From NCBI GenBank assembly GCA_022605425.2, contig CM061250.1:930001-994000 (forward strand): a stretch of 64,000 nt of DNA, read 5' to 3'. The notes under the pieces were generated by a model. The model searched no databases. It was not told the DNA's origin and worked only from the letters and a program-made list of their open reading frames with translations. Of the stretch, positions 1 to 14,289 are shown piece after piece. The DNA comes from Hamiltosporidium tvaerminnensis FI-OER-3-3 (lineage: Eukaryota > Fungi > Microsporidia). The position numbers were made by a program, and so were the translations under genes. Every line of letters begins with the position of its first letter. Position 1 is the stretch's first letter.

Positions 1-321
1 TAAATCCAAGTGCAAATATCTTTCTTTGATTTTTCTAATAAATAGTGGCAAATTATTATTTATTTTAATACTTGAGATATTGATAATGTTTCTATCATCA
101 GTTAAAGATTTAATATTGTTTTTGTTGTTTATTATCTCACAATAGAAATTTTTAAGTTTAATAATCAATTCCATTTCTAATTTACTTTCAATTTCTGATA
201 AATTATTATTTTCTAAAAGGTGTAAAATATATTCGGTTAAAGTTTTATCATCTACATTTAAATGTTCACGAATGAATTCACTTAACTTTATCAATCGATA
301 TATTTTTTCAAATTCATCCAT
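1..321 (-). CDS. 5' part of a probable Prp22/DHX8-like spliceosomal DEAH helicase (runs off window start)
   Basis: Not in the ORF track. Manual translation from ATG at 321 is open to position 1: MDEFEKIYRLIKLSEFIREHLNVDDKTLTEYILHLLE..., resembling the DHX8/Prp22 N-terminus (ELDNHLGINDKDLAEFVI). CCCC motif lies just upstream of the ATG. The helicase core is not in the window. Confidence 0.55.
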   Translation of the reverse strand, partial: MDEFEKIYRLIKLSEFIREHLNVDDKTLTEYILHLLENNNLSEIESKLEMELIIKLKNFYCEIINNKNNIKSLTDDRNIINISSIKINNNLPLFIRKIKERYLHLDL

Positions 322-1888
322 CAATAAAGGGGTATTTAATATAATATTTCAATATATGTGAAAACAGTTACAGTTTGATTATGTTTCAAAGAATTCAAGA
401 TACATTGAAGCAATTAGAAAATTTAAAACATATAATAAATCAATTAAACGTCTTCTTTGTTTACAAATCAAATCAATAATAAATTTAAATATTTTTATTT
501 TCTGATTTAATTTATTTTGTATCATTTATAGAAATATCTATATGGAATATTCCTGGTATGGTTTTCTATTTATCTATTATGAAGATAATTGTTTCTTAAA
601 AAAAGGAATTAAATTTTATTTAAGACTCTTGGTAGGTATATTTTAAGCTGTGAAACTCTCAAATTACTTATAAAGAAATATAGAAAATTAATTTTAAACA
701 AAATATTTGTAAAATGTCGAATATTAAAAGACATAGTACATTTTAAAAAATCCTGGTAATAACCAAAACAGATTTCCGAGAAGAAGTAACATTTAGATGA
801 TGGCAAGTTTACTTCTGTATATACTACATAAAATCAAGAAGGATGTGATTTTAGCTTTGTATAAATCTCTCAATTTAATATAGAAAACAAATATGTGGAA
901 AATCGATGAAGCAGAATTCCAGAAATTTAAACTTAGTCTAATTTGTTTTATATCAAGCAAATGTCAATATTGTGATACAACATAAAATTAATTTCGAATC
1001 AAGAGACTTGAGAAACAATAACAAATTTACAAAGAATTTTAATGGTTTAAATCGAAGATTATATTTTTTATTGGTAAATAGATAATTCCTCAATATTTTA
1101 TAAACACAAACAACGTTATTCGGTTACACAAAAATATTCGAAAAAATATTAAGATATTGAAATTAAGATTAAGAAAATAATATTAATATTTTTCAAAATA
1201 AATATTTAAACTATTACAACCAAGTATTTGACCTAAATATAAAGAATTAGAAAGCTGTAAATCTCTTCAGGAGATTCGATACAGTATCTTTAATTCTAAA
1301 AATCAGTTATTATAACTTCTTAGGAAATTAACAGTCATATTTAATAAATAAAATTTTATCTCGTGTCTGTTAACTTCTAACATTAAAGATTTAGTATTTC
1401 AAAATATATTTTTAAAAACCCGTAAGTTCTATTTAACTAGAAGCAAAATCTATCAGTAATATCGAAGAAGACAGTAAAATCTTTATTTTTTTCAGTCCGA
1501 GATCCGAGATTTAAGAAAATACATAAAGCACTTTGGAAGGATATATCGAAACTATATAATAAACTCCTCTAATAGAAGTACAATTTATTTCTGCACAAAC
1601 TTATCTAAATTAAGAATGTTATGAAGGATCGAAAATTTAAAAAAATAACACATTATGGTAATAATATTGCTCTTTTTAGGATTTAACTGAATAATAAATA
1701 AAAATAAAATATAAATCAATTCGAATAAAAAAAAACGACCAAGATATATACAGACTTTTAAATTACACTGTCTAATGGTATTTTAATACTTTTTTTATTG
1801 ATATATGAACTGAAAATTTTAATATTTTTTTTTACTTTAAACCGTTTTTAAAAATAAACTATAATTTACAAAATTTTATCGAAATTTT

Positions 1889-2680
1889 TTATTCAAAAAC
1901 TACCCGGAAAAAATCTTCTTTTCCCGTTCCATCTAAACTCGATACACAAGCACATTTTACATTTTTATAAAACTCTTCGAAATAGAGACACATAGATGAA
2001 AGTATTGGTGTATTCATTTCATCTTCAGGTAAAGATTCTCTAAACTTTTCATAATCTCGTATCCATTCTATAATATTTTCTGTGTCTTCAGATAAATCTA
2101 TTTTGTTAAATACACATATCGTTTCTAAATCAAATCTACATTTCAATGAGACTGCATACAACATGTTTGACATAAAAATATCATGTTTATGAGACAGAGG
2201 AGCGTCTATGATATATAACAGCTTTATATCATATAAAGGTTTGAACTCACCATTATCGGTAGAACCAATATTTTTTAATAGCGAAACCAAAGCCATTCCT
2301 GGCGATGACCATGTAAATGCTTCGATTTGTCCGGGTGTATCAATTATGATGAATTTTTCTGTAAATTTATCCATAATTTTATGAAATTCTAGTAAATAAA
2401 GATTTAATGATGTAAGAATTCCACCATTCGGTCCCAATTCGTGTTTTTGCATTACTGATGTATAATTTATTGTATCTCTAATATCTGTAGTATATGTATT
2501 TTCAGAAAGTGTTGCCGGATCAAGATTTATTGTGTGAACCAAATCATCTTTATCTTCTTCTGTATCCAGATCTTCTTTTCTATATTTCTCATGTATCCAT
2601 TCTAATAGAGTCGAACAAAATGTCGATTTTCCACTACCCGCCATACCTACAATAATAAAAATAGTATTTCTATCTTCCAT
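1889..2680 (-). CDS. GPN1: GPN-loop GTPase 1 (Npa3/XAB1)
   Basis: GMAGSGKS P-loop, INLDPA, LGPNGGILTSLN (GPN loop), DTPGQIEAFTWS, NKID; CCC precedes the ATG. Confidence 0.93.
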   Translation of the reverse strand: MEDRNTIFIIVGMAGSGKSTFCSTLLEWIHEKYRKEDLDTEEDKDDLVHTINLDPATLSENTYTTDIRDTINYTSVMQKHELGPNGGILTSLNLYLLEFHKIMDKFTEKFIIIDTPGQIEAFTWSSPGMALVSLLKNIGSTDNGEFKPLYDIKLLYIIDAPLSHKHDIFMSNMLYAVSLKCRFDLETICVFNKIDLSEDTENIIEWIRDYEKFRESLPEDEMNTPILSSMCLYFEEFYKNVKCACVSSLDGTGKEDFFRVVFE

Positions 2681-3136
2681 AGGGCTTCATTTTTTATTTT
2701 CATATTTGAAATACATTATTGAACAGATTTAAATAACGGATGCTATTAATTTTTGATTTTTTTTAGAAATTCGTGCAATTTCTATTAACATTAAAAATAT
2801 TTACAAATGTTTATAAAATCATCTTAATTTACGAAAACTTAATTAAACAATAATTTACGTTATTCTTGCCAATTTGAAGATAGAAACAGATATTTAAATA
2901 ATGGCAAAGATTTTTGAATTTTTATTGAAGTTAACAATTTATTCCTTGAAATCCAATAATAAGTTAAAATATCGTTAAAATATCGTAAAAATAATAGAAT
3001 TCGATAGCTTAGAGGATTAAATAAAAGTTGTTTATTCAATATTAAAGATTTGTAAAAATTATTTATTCTCATTTAATTGCTAAAAAAACACGGTTAGACT
3101 ATATTTTTTTGACCAAATAATTATAGAAATATAATT

Positions 3137-3688
3137 TCAAAAATATTTTTTATTAAAATATTCTTTGATTTGTTCACCTTTTGATTGGCATTTTTCAATT
3201 AAAATTTCTATTTTACCAGGCAATATTGCGGCTGAAATTTTATGATTAAAATATATCTGAGTAATACTATTATTATGTAACGAATAAACAAGTGTAATAC
3301 GGTTATTTGTGCTATAATTATCTTTTGGTTTATCATCTACATCGATAGTAGAAGATACTAGCATATCTTTCTGTGGCAAACCCGTATTCAATATTGAAAT
3401 TGTATATGAATTTATAAGTGTTTCCAATAGATTTTTACCGATTTCTAAACAATAAAAACAAATTCGTATTTGTGTATGAATATGTAGAGTTAGGTTGTTA
3501 ACTATTGTAGTATAAATTATTTTAGAAATGTCATCTGTATTATTTAAGCTTTCAAAAATGATTTCTAAAGATTTTTCTGAAGGCTGTTTTTCAGATATAA
3601 AAATTGCACAAATTACGGTAGAATCATCGTTTTGGAGATAAACAGAAGAAAGAGAGGATGGAATGGGGTTTAGTTTTATAATTTCCAT
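3137..3688 (-). CDS. RNase PH-fold exosome core subunit (Rrp46/Rrp41-like)
   Basis: SVYLQNDDSTVICAI and LLETLINSYTISILNTGLPQKDML match RNase PH-ring subunit patterns (S.....G.T.V.C.V; L.A..NA..LAL.DAG+P+); CCC upstream. Confidence 0.65.
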   Translation of the reverse strand: MEIIKLNPIPSSLSSVYLQNDDSTVICAIFISEKQPSEKSLEIIFESLNNTDDISKIIYTTIVNNLTLHIHTQIRICFYCLEIGKNLLETLINSYTISILNTGLPQKDMLVSSTIDVDDKPKDNYSTNNRITLVYSLHNNSITQIYFNHKISAAILPGKIEILIEKCQSKGEQIKEYFNKKYF

Positions 3689-3784
3689 ACACTAAAGATT
3701 ATTAGAGGGTATCACAAGCAGTAAATATAAAATATTTAAAATATTCAACTTCTTGTTATATTTTTTTAGAAAAATTATTTAAAA

Positions 3785-3910
3785 AATTTATATGGTTTGT
3801 GGCTTTTACCTTTGATTTTTATTATTTTTTTTAGAAGAATTTTTAAAAATTATTTAATAAATTTATATGGTTTGTGGTTTTTTACCTTTGATTTTTATTA
3901 TTTTTTTTAT
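3785..3910. repeat. Two-copy ~50-bp direct repeat between divergent genes
   Basis: aaatttatatggtttgtgg(c/t)ttttacctttgatttttattattttttt occurs at ~3785 and ~3858. Confidence 0.8.
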
Positions 3911-4168
3911 GGTTCATTTTGCAAAATTTGTGTTTTTTTTGAACAAAAATAATGAAAAAAAATAGTTTTGATGTAAAAATTAAAGTCGATTCAAAATATT
4001 AAAAACATTTTTTATTGAGTATTCTTATCTTTCATAAGATATTATTTTTGTAGAATTCCTTCTTTTAGATTTTATTTTTTAACATTGAACTTCCAAAATA
4101 AATTATAAATACTAAATTAAATAGAAATTTTTCTCAAAAGAGAAGAATATTTTGACATAATTGGGCCC

Positions 4169-4414
4169 ATGATACTTGATGAAAAAGAAATATTTAAAAT
4201 ATTGAATGAACAAAAAGATAATAAACTGTTGAGATTTTACAATGCAACTTTGAAAATAGAGGAGCAAAATGTAATTTTAGAAACAGAAAACAATTTTTTA
4301 AGAACTAAGAAAGAACAATTAGAAGCAGAAATTGAAGTTTTAAAAGAAAGCGTAAAAGAATTATTTAATGATGAAGAAGAAAGTAAAAGATTAGACAAAT
4401 TGATAAAGTTTTAG
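4169..4414 (+). CDS. Small coiled-coil hypothetical protein
   Basis: 81-aa heptad-rich ORF with GGGCCC immediately before the ATG, like the other real genes here. Confidence 0.6.
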   Translation: MILDEKEIFKILNEQKDNKLLRFYNATLKIEEQNVILETENNFLRTKKEQLEAEIEVLKESVKELFNDEEESKRLDKLIKF

Positions 4415-4572
4415 TTTATAATGGAGATTTATATAAATTTTTATTATAATTACAGTTTAAATATTTCCTTCTTAATTTTCTTATTTATATTCATAAAAAT
4501 ATTTAAAATATTAAAATAAAATTTTAAATTCGGAATTATTTTAGTTTTTCCAAGTAAAAAATTATAAAGAAG

Positions 4573-5300
4573 CTTTATTTAAAAGTATCACATCTTTTTA
4601 AAATAGTGGCAAGTGTTATATTTTTTTTCATGATATTAACGCAGTTCTAGGTTTAACATAAATAACTGCTACCCTAACACTCCATCAGTACCCCCTGCGA
4701 TACCTACACCCTAAAGCCTTTCATCTACCAGGTGTGTAGAACCTTATTAATAGGCGAGGCAGTTGCCGGGAGTTCGTTAATGTCCGTTGCATGGAGTGTG
4801 ATCGAGAGCCGAAGCCCCCTGGGCTTCCCAAGACTATGCAGTATTCCCACTTAATCTACACATTCTGGACCCAATAAAATTCTAGCTAAGATATATTTCA
4901 GGGACTTACATTGGGTCCACCTAAACAGTGCGATGTCATATCAACAGGTATAACCTGCTACTTAACGCAACTCTCCCGGCTTTTACAGGTTTTTTGTTTT
5001 AAATCTCCCAGGCGCTTAGTTTTCTAACCCGAATGAGCAAGGCTAGGTTTCCATGCTTTTACATGGCAATTACCTACAAGTTCAGCTGCGGTCTGCAATC
5101 TGGTTACGTAAAAAACTACAAATAAAGTTTTAGAAATAGATTCTTAATTTCTTAGACCTCTCTTCACATGGCAACCCCCATAGAACAACCAAGGATAATG
5201 TGGTTTCATTCGCACTAAAAATCCAAACAATGATTCTCACACCTGTTTCACACACTCATCGCCAAGCAGAAAGTTTCTTATGTGATTATCCTCCCTTCAC
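4573..5300 (-). mobile_element. ~725-bp SINE-like non-coding retroposon, copy A
   Basis: End-to-end similar to 19669-20392 and 36660-37389; flanked by direct repeat taaaaaatta (4555-4564 / 5301-5310). Strand assigned so the element ends in AATAAAG. Confidence 0.85.
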
Positions 5301-5949
5301 TAAAAAATTAAACAAATTCCCAGTTTTTTATTTTAATTTCATTTCCGATTGAAGATCAAACGCATTTATATAAAAAATAAACATTTTTTTAAAATAATTA
5401 AATATTTTTTAGTCTTTTTATTGAACGAATTGAGAAAACCCCAATCTAATTGTTTTTGGCTTCAATTCTTTGACTTAAAAAAATATTATAAAAGAAATTT
5501 CTGCAAAATTTTAGTAATAAAATAAAAATCCAAACTCATTTTTTTAAAAATAAATAGTTTCGCTTCTTGATTTACTTTTTTAGGTTAAAAAATATCTTTA
5601 ATCATAGAATATTACGCAAATATAGTTTCAAATTAGTTTACAATCAAATATAAATACAAAGAAGAAATATTATTTATTAAAATCTTAAAAATTTTGCACT
5701 ATGTTCTTTCTTACGTTCGTTTAAAATTAAAATAATTGAAATATTAATTTTTTTTCGATTTGAATGGTTCCATTCTAAACATTAAAATCGGTTATTTATT
5801 TAATTTATACTTTGAATTATAACCAGTTATTTCAATGAAATAATTTAAATTTAAAATAATCGTAAAATCTTTTTTAGATTATAAATATTAAATCACAACA
5901 GCAAATAAAAATCAAATTTATTGATACAAATTTAAAATTAAATAAAATA

Positions 5950-7110
5950 TTTATTTAATAAAATTCTGTGTTAAAACATTTTTTTACCATTTTTATATGT
6001 TTTCTTCTACCTCTTTAACCACTTTTGTCTCTTCCTTCAACTCGACTCTTCCTTTATGTTATTGGTCGGTTCCTCTAAAGTGGTTCCTCCTCGTAAAATA
6101 AAGGGTGCTTTATTTTTTGGTTTAAAATTTTTTGCATCATCTTCCTCTCTCTTCTATTCTTTAGAAGAGGGTGTTGGTTCCTCATGCCTCTCTGCTCTCA
6201 TAATAACACTCTTGACGCTCTTCCCCAGCTCTCTTCGGCATTTGGTCTTGCCTCAAGTTCTCTTTGTCGATAAAAAGAAATTGTTTCGACCGTCTTCTAT
6301 AGCACTATGGATTAAATATATGTCTCAGCATTTATTAGTATTTTTAGTCTTCTAGTATATGTCTTATGGTATTTGTCACAATACAGTCCCAGATCATCAC
6401 ATAAGGGATTATCTCAACAGTACACTTATAAATAAGACCTAACTCATTGGCTAGCAGGTCATACTTCCTAAGTTTTTCTAGTTTCAACTATTTGAAGTGA
6501 ATCTTGGGAAGTGATTCCTACTTCAATGAGTGTTATCTTATTCTTCTTCTTATCTAAAATAAATATGTCCGGTCTGTTATTCCGAATTTTAACATCAGTT
6601 TTAATTCTAATATCCACTCTTATCTATGCATACTCATTATACAGAATTATTTGAACTGAGTGACTCCTAATTCGTTTTGATGACTTAAACTTATATCTAT
6701 TTAGGAGAAGTAAATGTAGGCATCTAACCACTTCATTATGCCATCTGGTGTAGTCATGACCTAGCATTTTTTCACATCTAGTTGCTAGATGATCTACAGT
6801 CTTACCAGACTTCCCGCAATGTTGACACACACCATCTGCTCCCCAGAATACATTTCTATCCTGGATATAGCAGAACACAGCTTCATTTCGTGGCCCAATA
6901 TTTCCTCTCTTTAGCCATCTTGAAGAGTCACTAACACTCACAAGCTCATTTTTCCTTGCACTACATAACTTTGAATAGAGTTTTCGTTTTACTATTTCGT
7001 TTTATAGTTTTCCAAGTTGAGCTTCTTCTAAACTTTTCTTAGTGACTTCTTCTACCAACCTGTACTTTACTTTTAAGAAACCTTTTATTAGTGCCAGATG
7101 GGTTTATTAC
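5950..7110 (-). mobile_element. 5'-truncated non-LTR retrotransposon with CCHC finger and restriction-like endonuclease (RLE; R4/NeSL/CRE-type), disrupted
   Basis: CQHCGKSGKTVDHLATRC zinc finger, (R/W)HNEVV, then NNRPDIFILD...IEVGIT (PD-(D/E)xK) beyond a stop; acidic tail; homologous copies at ~22.3 and ~54.9 kb. Confidence 0.88.
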
Positions 7111-8199
7111 AAATTGGCTTTAAAAGTAATAAATTTTATTATTAAATGTAAACATTTAAATCAAGTTGTAATACTGCGAGTTATAAAGAAAAACCGATTT
7201 TTAATTTAGAAAAAGAAAGACCAATATGTATTTAATTTAGAAATAGAAAGTAAAATATGCTTTTGATATAAACAAGTTAATACATCATAAATATTTTAGT
7301 TTGTACATAATATAACATTTTTCCGAAATTAATCAAACATGTCTAAACATAAATTAACTTTATAAACCTAGACCAAGACTTTTAGTTTGAATCTTCGCAA
7401 AAATTACGAAATCTTTAGCTGAATTTTTTGTAAAGGTGACCAGTATGTGATTTTCTATGCATTCTTTGATATGATAACATTGAATTGTATGAGCAACCAA
7501 AGGAAGTATTCTTAGGGTAAAAGATGTTTTTGTAATATTTCGAGAAAACACTTGGACCTAACTTTGAAAAAATACAAAGACTTTTTGATAACATTCTTGC
7601 GATTTAAAAAGATATCATCATTTCATACAGAGTGAAATTTAATGTATGTATACATAAATTTAAATTAATAGTTATTACGGATTTGTTTAAAACACCTTTT
7701 TTTATGACCAGAACAATATTTAGATAAATCTTAGGAAAGGAAAGGAAATCAATTTAAACTAAAGAAGCATGAAGAATTTTCCGAGGGTTAAAATTCGCCT
7801 GACTTAAAATCATATTTGGCAATAAATTGATTCAAGGTGTATAACTATACATGAAATACTTAGGAATTATGTTTATTTTTTCTTGATTGAAATCTTAATT
7901 ACATTCTAATATATAAATCTAGAAATAGTTATTTGAATTTGATTGAAAATATTTTTTAGAGGAAAATTTTAGGAAAAAAATTGTGCAGATCAAATTGAAT
8001 ATTCTTGCCAAATCAAGAATCTAGTTTAGCAAAAAAATATTTAAAGAAATTTTATCACAGACAATTTAGTAAAAATAAATTCGTTTAAAACAAGTCAAAT
8101 GTTGACAAAATATATTTCGATTTTCATGTTACAAAAATATCAAATAGATATATAAGAGGAAATAACAAAAAGATTGATAAAAGGTGTATATTTAATGAT

Positions 8200-8900
8200 G
8201 AAGAGCTGATATTTTATTAAAAATGTGCATATAAACCAAACTAGCGATTTAGAAGCCGATCATCATGCACACAGGAGCAAAAAACAAAAAATTTTAAAAA
8301 ATCCGATACACATGAACCTTATTCATGTGATTTTATGAGTTTAAAAATTATAAATATGCTTCGTAATCATAAAGTCGCAGGTAATGAGAATATTCATTAT
8401 TAACATACCAAGAAAATTAAGATGCAGAAAAATATCTTTATGATTTATACAAATAATTCATTTTTAAGAAGGTGCTCGGTTTGTTTTGCGCAAAGAAGCT
8501 TACTTATTGGATCATAGACATAAATAAGCAGGTTCTAAATATAAAACCGTGATCGAATCACAAAACTTCTAAATAAGAACTACACGAGAAGTAAAATTTG
8601 TTTAGTTAACTGGCTACAAGCAATATTTGCTTGTATAAAACATTACATATAAGAATGTGAACGTATACCATACGGAGAGATATTACAAAAGCAACACTTA
8701 TAAAAAAATTGGAAATACAATAAAAGCGAATGAATCTATTTAAAACATCTATAATTCCTCATATCAATTTTAAAATTTCGCGAGGGTTTCAAAGATGAAA
8801 TTTCGCAGTTAGAAGTTAGCTTAAATAAGCGCATGGAATAAGTTATAAACTTCAAGCCCACAAAATATTGTTTTAATAAATAATTCACCGAAAATCTCGA
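8200..8900 (+). mobile_element. Highly decayed non-LTR reverse transcriptase remnant
   Basis: NMLRNHKVAGNENIH at ~8355 resembles the KAxGxDGI motif; SKICLVNWLQAIFACIKH at ~8590 resembles the (W)ID..KAFDS..H region. Many stops. Confidence 0.3.
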
Positions 8901-10399
8901 ACGAAAAATGATTCTTATCTCTAGGCGGTTATTTTTTTAGAAGAAATAAATTTATATCTTTTTATATAGTTTAACAAATTGGTTTAGAATAATATTCTTA
9001 AATATTAGAATATCAAAGTCATATATATTTTATTAACTATATCGAAGTATTCAAAAAATAAAAACCTATTTTATCTTTTTTTCTATATTGTACCAAAGGA
9101 AAAAAATATTGGAATTACAAAGTAACTGATATATTAGATATTAAAAACCAATTCTACAAAAAAATAGCTTCTTCGCATAGTCGTATTTGTTATAGATTTG
9201 TAAAGCATAGAAATAAACCAAGGTAAGGATAAAAACGTATCAGTTAAGATAACTATTGGTTTGAATAGAACGCTTCATTGCTGTTTTGTTTATTTTATAA
9301 AGTTATTTCTTACTATGCATGGGTAAAATTTGTTCTGAAGAGATGGGTGTTTAACAATATAGTATGATTTTCCTTTAAACAACTTCTCGCGAAAAGCTAT
9401 TTATAGAGCGGAACGATGAAATTAGAAAAAAAAGTATGTTTAATGTAGGGAAAGTGCTAAAAGACATAGGATAGTTGTTTTTGTAGGCTTTAACATAAAT
9501 TACTGAGATTTTTTGACTAGAGAACTTGATTTATTAGAATAAAAATATGTTATTCACCTCGTTCACATGAGGTAAAACCAAAGAAAAAGAATAGAAAGCC
9601 TCTTGAAAATCTATATATGTACTTAGAAGAGTATTATACAGATTAAAGGAGCTAAGCATACGTTTCATATTTCTTCTGTGACAATTAAAAAAATTAGAAA
9701 AAATCAAAACGAAGTACGACTAAGACGAATTGATATCAAAGCACCAATTTAGATTAGCCTACATTAATCTAATGTTTAACATACAGAAAATTTATCAAAA
9801 AAAAATCTGAAAAGGCTGCCAAGGCTTCTAAAAAGCCAGATTAAAAGCAAGAATTTGCATTCAAAATGTATAACCTCAAACTAATTCCTTTATTTTCCCG
9901 GTTATTTTATAAAATCAATTAAGCAAAAATTAAATGCGAAAAAAAGCTGTAAGATACAATAGATAAGATAAAATATTTTTAAAGAACTATTATAGAGGTA
10001 AACATCGTATCTACTTTGCAAAGTTCATGGAGTTCTATCGCCTTGGATAGAGGCCAGTATAATTACTACTATGAATAATTATTTTCTTTTTATTAAATAT
10101 ACCATTTAGTCGGCAAATTATGGCTTAAAATGTCTTTACGTTTTTAATTTTTTTCCCTCAAGCCTAAAGAGAATGGTTTTCTATTTATAATCAAAATTTA
10201 ATTTTTTTCTACTACTATATTCTCTAAGGTGTTGACACAATCCAAAGCCAAAGATATGTATTTTAATTATTTTTCTTTGTTCGAAACCCTCTACGTTGTT
10301 ATTTGATCATAAAATATCATTTTATGTTTTTCTAAAGGTAGGCTTTCTTTTATTATATACAATGACGTTTTTTTCTCAATCTTTTTTCGAATTTCAATC

Positions 10400-11000
10400 A
10401 AAACTCAATTTATTTTCGTCGATCAATTGAAATTTTCCCCAAATCTAATTACGTACTATCCGTCTGAAGTATGCCTTTACGTTAATGGGTATTTGCAGTC
10501 TTTTAAGGTATTTGTTGTGGTATTTTATCCCAATACTATCCCTGGTTATTACATAAAAATATATATTCAGATTACGTTTAAAAAAATATTAATTCATTTG
10601 CTAATAGTCCTGCTACATAGGTCTCTCTTTTTACAGCATATAAAGTGAATCTTTGGACAAATTTCTACTTCGATGGTTGTTATCTTGTCTTTACTGTTAT
10701 CAAGTAAATGTATCGATTTTATTATTTTAAATATAGATATCAGATTTTGTTCTTTTATCCACTCTTATCTCCGCAGACGCCTTATAAATAATCTATTAAA
10801 TCAAGGATTTCTAATTTGTTTTATAGACTAGATTTTGCATTGATTTAAAACAAATGTGTGCAGGTCCTTCAACTTTATTGTATTTTATAATGTAATATAA
10901 TCGGTTTTTTTATAAGTAATGCGGCCAGATATTCTACTGTTTATCGCTGATTGCGGCGATAATATTCTCTTTTTACATCTTCATGATATTATTCTATTTG
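10400..11000 (-). mobile_element. Old degenerate copy of the RLE retrotransposon
   Basis: Minus strand near 10660-10780 reads AEIRVDKRTKSDIYI..NNKID...KDKITTIEVEI, aligning with AEIRVDIRIKTD.KIRNNRPD...KNKITLIEVGI of the younger copies. Confidence 0.6.
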
Positions 11001-11717
11001 GGACAAAGCAGAAAATGCCATCCTCTCCCGTGCCAAATTAACTACATTTCTAAATTTAAGAAATACATATACTTCCCAAATTTTTTCTAAAAATTAACTT
11101 GTTGTGTTTTTTTATTGATATATTCGTTTCATTTTCCAATGATAGAGGAATTTATTTAGCAGACATGAATCAAATAATCTCGGACTTTAATATAAATGAA
11201 TTTATTTTAAGTTGTGTAACATACAGAATCAACAATGTATGTTTTATATTTTATCGACTGTTCTTTTTTAACATTTTAGAATTTTTTATTTGTAATATAA
11301 TAAACCAATTAATTCAAAAACAGCAGTCTGGAAACATCATTTATATTCAATATTAATCTAGATTTTCAATTTTTTTTTAGAAATAAATTCCAGAGGAATA
11401 AAAAAATCTAATTTTGTAAGTAATTAGTAATATAAAGCTTAATTAAATCTAAATACCACTTTGTTGTTCGTTTTAAATTGCAAAAACAATCAAACATAAA
11501 AAGCTTCGTATATCTTTTGCAATTTAAAACAAACGTATTTGACTTTTATTAAACTTAATAAATCAAACTAATTAACATGCATTATTACTTAAGCTACACG
11601 AATGTTTAGAATCTTACAAGAGTTTATAACATTATGAAAATTGAGAATAAATAGACACAGTTTTGGATTGCAATGAAAGAAAATAGAAAATTCTTCTAAT
11701 CAAAACTAAAATAGTAA

Positions 11718-14082
11718 ATGAATTATAAATCTATAGATACTGATTTTTCTAAAAATTTATGAAATGTTATCTGTACTTTCTGTACACAAAGTTATTCTAT
11801 AACTCTTTTATTTTGATATGGATTCTTTAATCGAGTGAAATAGATGCAGTACTCAATCTCGTAAGTAATTACGAAGAATTCGATTCCAAATTAATTAATA
11901 ATCAAATGAAAGCCAAATGTCCATGTCAAATCAATAGAGATAAGATGAATAAAAAGCCAGAAAAATATTTGACAGAAAAAATGTTTATCAGAGATAAAGT
12001 TCGGAAATACTATACGTGTATTATAGAATCTATTGATATAATTGGTCTTAATTTTGAACTCTTTGAAAATTTTAACGATTTAGAGTCAAATATCGAAATA
12101 TTTCTCTATCATAATGTAAAGAAATCTGATTTCTTAATCTTCGTGGATTTATAATTTCGAGTTATTTACCAGATAATAAAATAAAAATCGACAAGTTTTA
12201 CACGATATTATATTTTTTAGAATATTTTAGAGTAAGATATGACAATAAGTTGCGGAATGCAATAAAAGTAATTTTATATTCTTTAATAGTGTCTGATGTA
12301 ATAAACACTTTTGAGATTAAAAATATTTCGCTTCATTTTGCAAAGCAAGATTATTTTTCACATAAATTATCTAAAATAATATCACAGGAATATTTTAAAA
12401 TTATAAAATCAGAAATGAATTCAGATTCACCATGTTTTTTAAATGCGACTCAGAGTTACCTTTAAAATGAACATAATAGCTCGTATACTGACGATAAAAA
12501 GCATATTTTAGTAATAAATCCACATTTAATTTATTATTTTCGAAAAAATTGGTTGTAGGGAGAAAAGAGCAAAAATATATTTATTCTGTGGCTGAATACG
12601 CTTGATATAAAGTATTTACACATACATAATTTGGAAGAAACGAATTCGAAGACAGTATGTTTTATTTTAGAAAATTTAAAAAAGAAGATTGATGAGATTT
12701 TATTCTATTTGGGTTCAATATACGTGAAACCATTGAATTTATTAACAAGAATTTAAATTTTAAGATTTAAAAAGGATTATTTTAATGAAATCTAGAATTG
12801 AAACAAGTTTAATATTTCAAGATCATTTAAGCAAAATAAACGAATTTATATTTTATGAAAAAACTGTTTCGATAGAAATATATGAAGTTCCTGAAATAAG
12901 AAAAATAGAAAATGTTCATATAATTGAGGATATAATAAATAATATAAAGAATGTATACCAACAATCCTCTTTGGAAGATGCAATTATGTGTAATAAAAAT
13001 ATACCCGAAAGGAATAAAGATTTATATTTAAAATTACTTAAGAAAGACAACTTCAAGGATAAAATTAAGATCTTTGAATTTTTAATTTTATATCTTGGTA
13101 TTTAAGGGTTAAGTGTCACTATGAATATGATGAATGCTTTAATATTGTTTATATTACTTTAAAAAAATTTACTCAGGCAAAAATTTTTAAAACAGATACT
13201 ATTTTAGAGACAAATACAAAAAAAATAATAATTGAAGATTTAGAAATAACTTCAAGTTTTCTAAAATACTTATTAAGCATAAATGGACTCGAACATTTAA
13301 AAATCAAAGATTCGGAAATCTTTATAGAAAAAGACATTTGCATTAAAAACAATTCCATCAAATATTTTAGGTTCTCTCCCAAAAACAGTGATAATCTTCA
13401 TTGTTTTTATGAAATAATAAATATGATGCAAGGTCTCAAAGAAATTAATTTTGAATCGACCGAATCTATTACATTTCGCCGTTCGATAAATCGATTTTTT
13501 TATATTACGGAATTAATTCTTTGTTATATTAACAAAATGATTCAGTTATTGAAACTTTCAGAATATGATGAAAATTTTGACTTTAAAACCACTGATAATG
13601 ATATTTCAGCTTCCAAATGCCCTTCAGAATCGTTGAAGTTATTATTTGTTAAATATAATCTAAGTAGTATAAAGAAACTTTGCCTTTGTTTTTTTTCTAC
13701 TTCTAAATGTGATCAAGAAGCATTAAGAAACTTAATTAATCTGAGAGAATTAGAAATGTATAAAATAGATTTACAAAATATTTTTTTTTCAAAATTGTTT
13801 TGTACTTCACTGGAATACAAGATAAAGAGATTGCGGTTTGTTAGAACAAATATTTTTGAAAGAGATTTGACTTTTATTGCAAATTTAAAGAAACTTAAAG
13901 AACTATACATTCACGAAAGTTTTATTTATCAGAAGACTTACCACTTTATAGAAATTTTGTTCTTAAATGAATTTTATATCGAACTTAAAAATTATGCAAC
14001 TGAAGAAAATATATCGGAAGAAATCATTTGCCTTATAAATAAAACATTTAAACGGAAAGGTATCGCTGTGGTGACGATATGA
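11718..14082 (+). pseudogene. Fragmented LRR-family gene (microsporidian expanded LRR family)
   Basis: Collinear + strand ORF pieces at 11906, 12250, 12785 and 13423; the last has LxxLxxLxxL repeats (LRNLINLRELEM, IANLKKLKELYI); multiple stops and frameshifts. Start approximate. Confidence 0.7.
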
Positions 14083-14289
14083 GGTTTTGAGCATATAAAA
14101 ATAAATTTATTGGCATCTTAATATTATATGCAATCTTTGATTTATAAATTTTTCACTATAACTATTAATTCGTTTTCATTTTTGTTAAATATTTTGAATT
14201 TTTAGACTAAAATACAGGAAAGTTGCATTATTATAATTCTATTACAGTATTTTAGCAAAAATATCTTCTGATTAAATCCTTTTTCAATA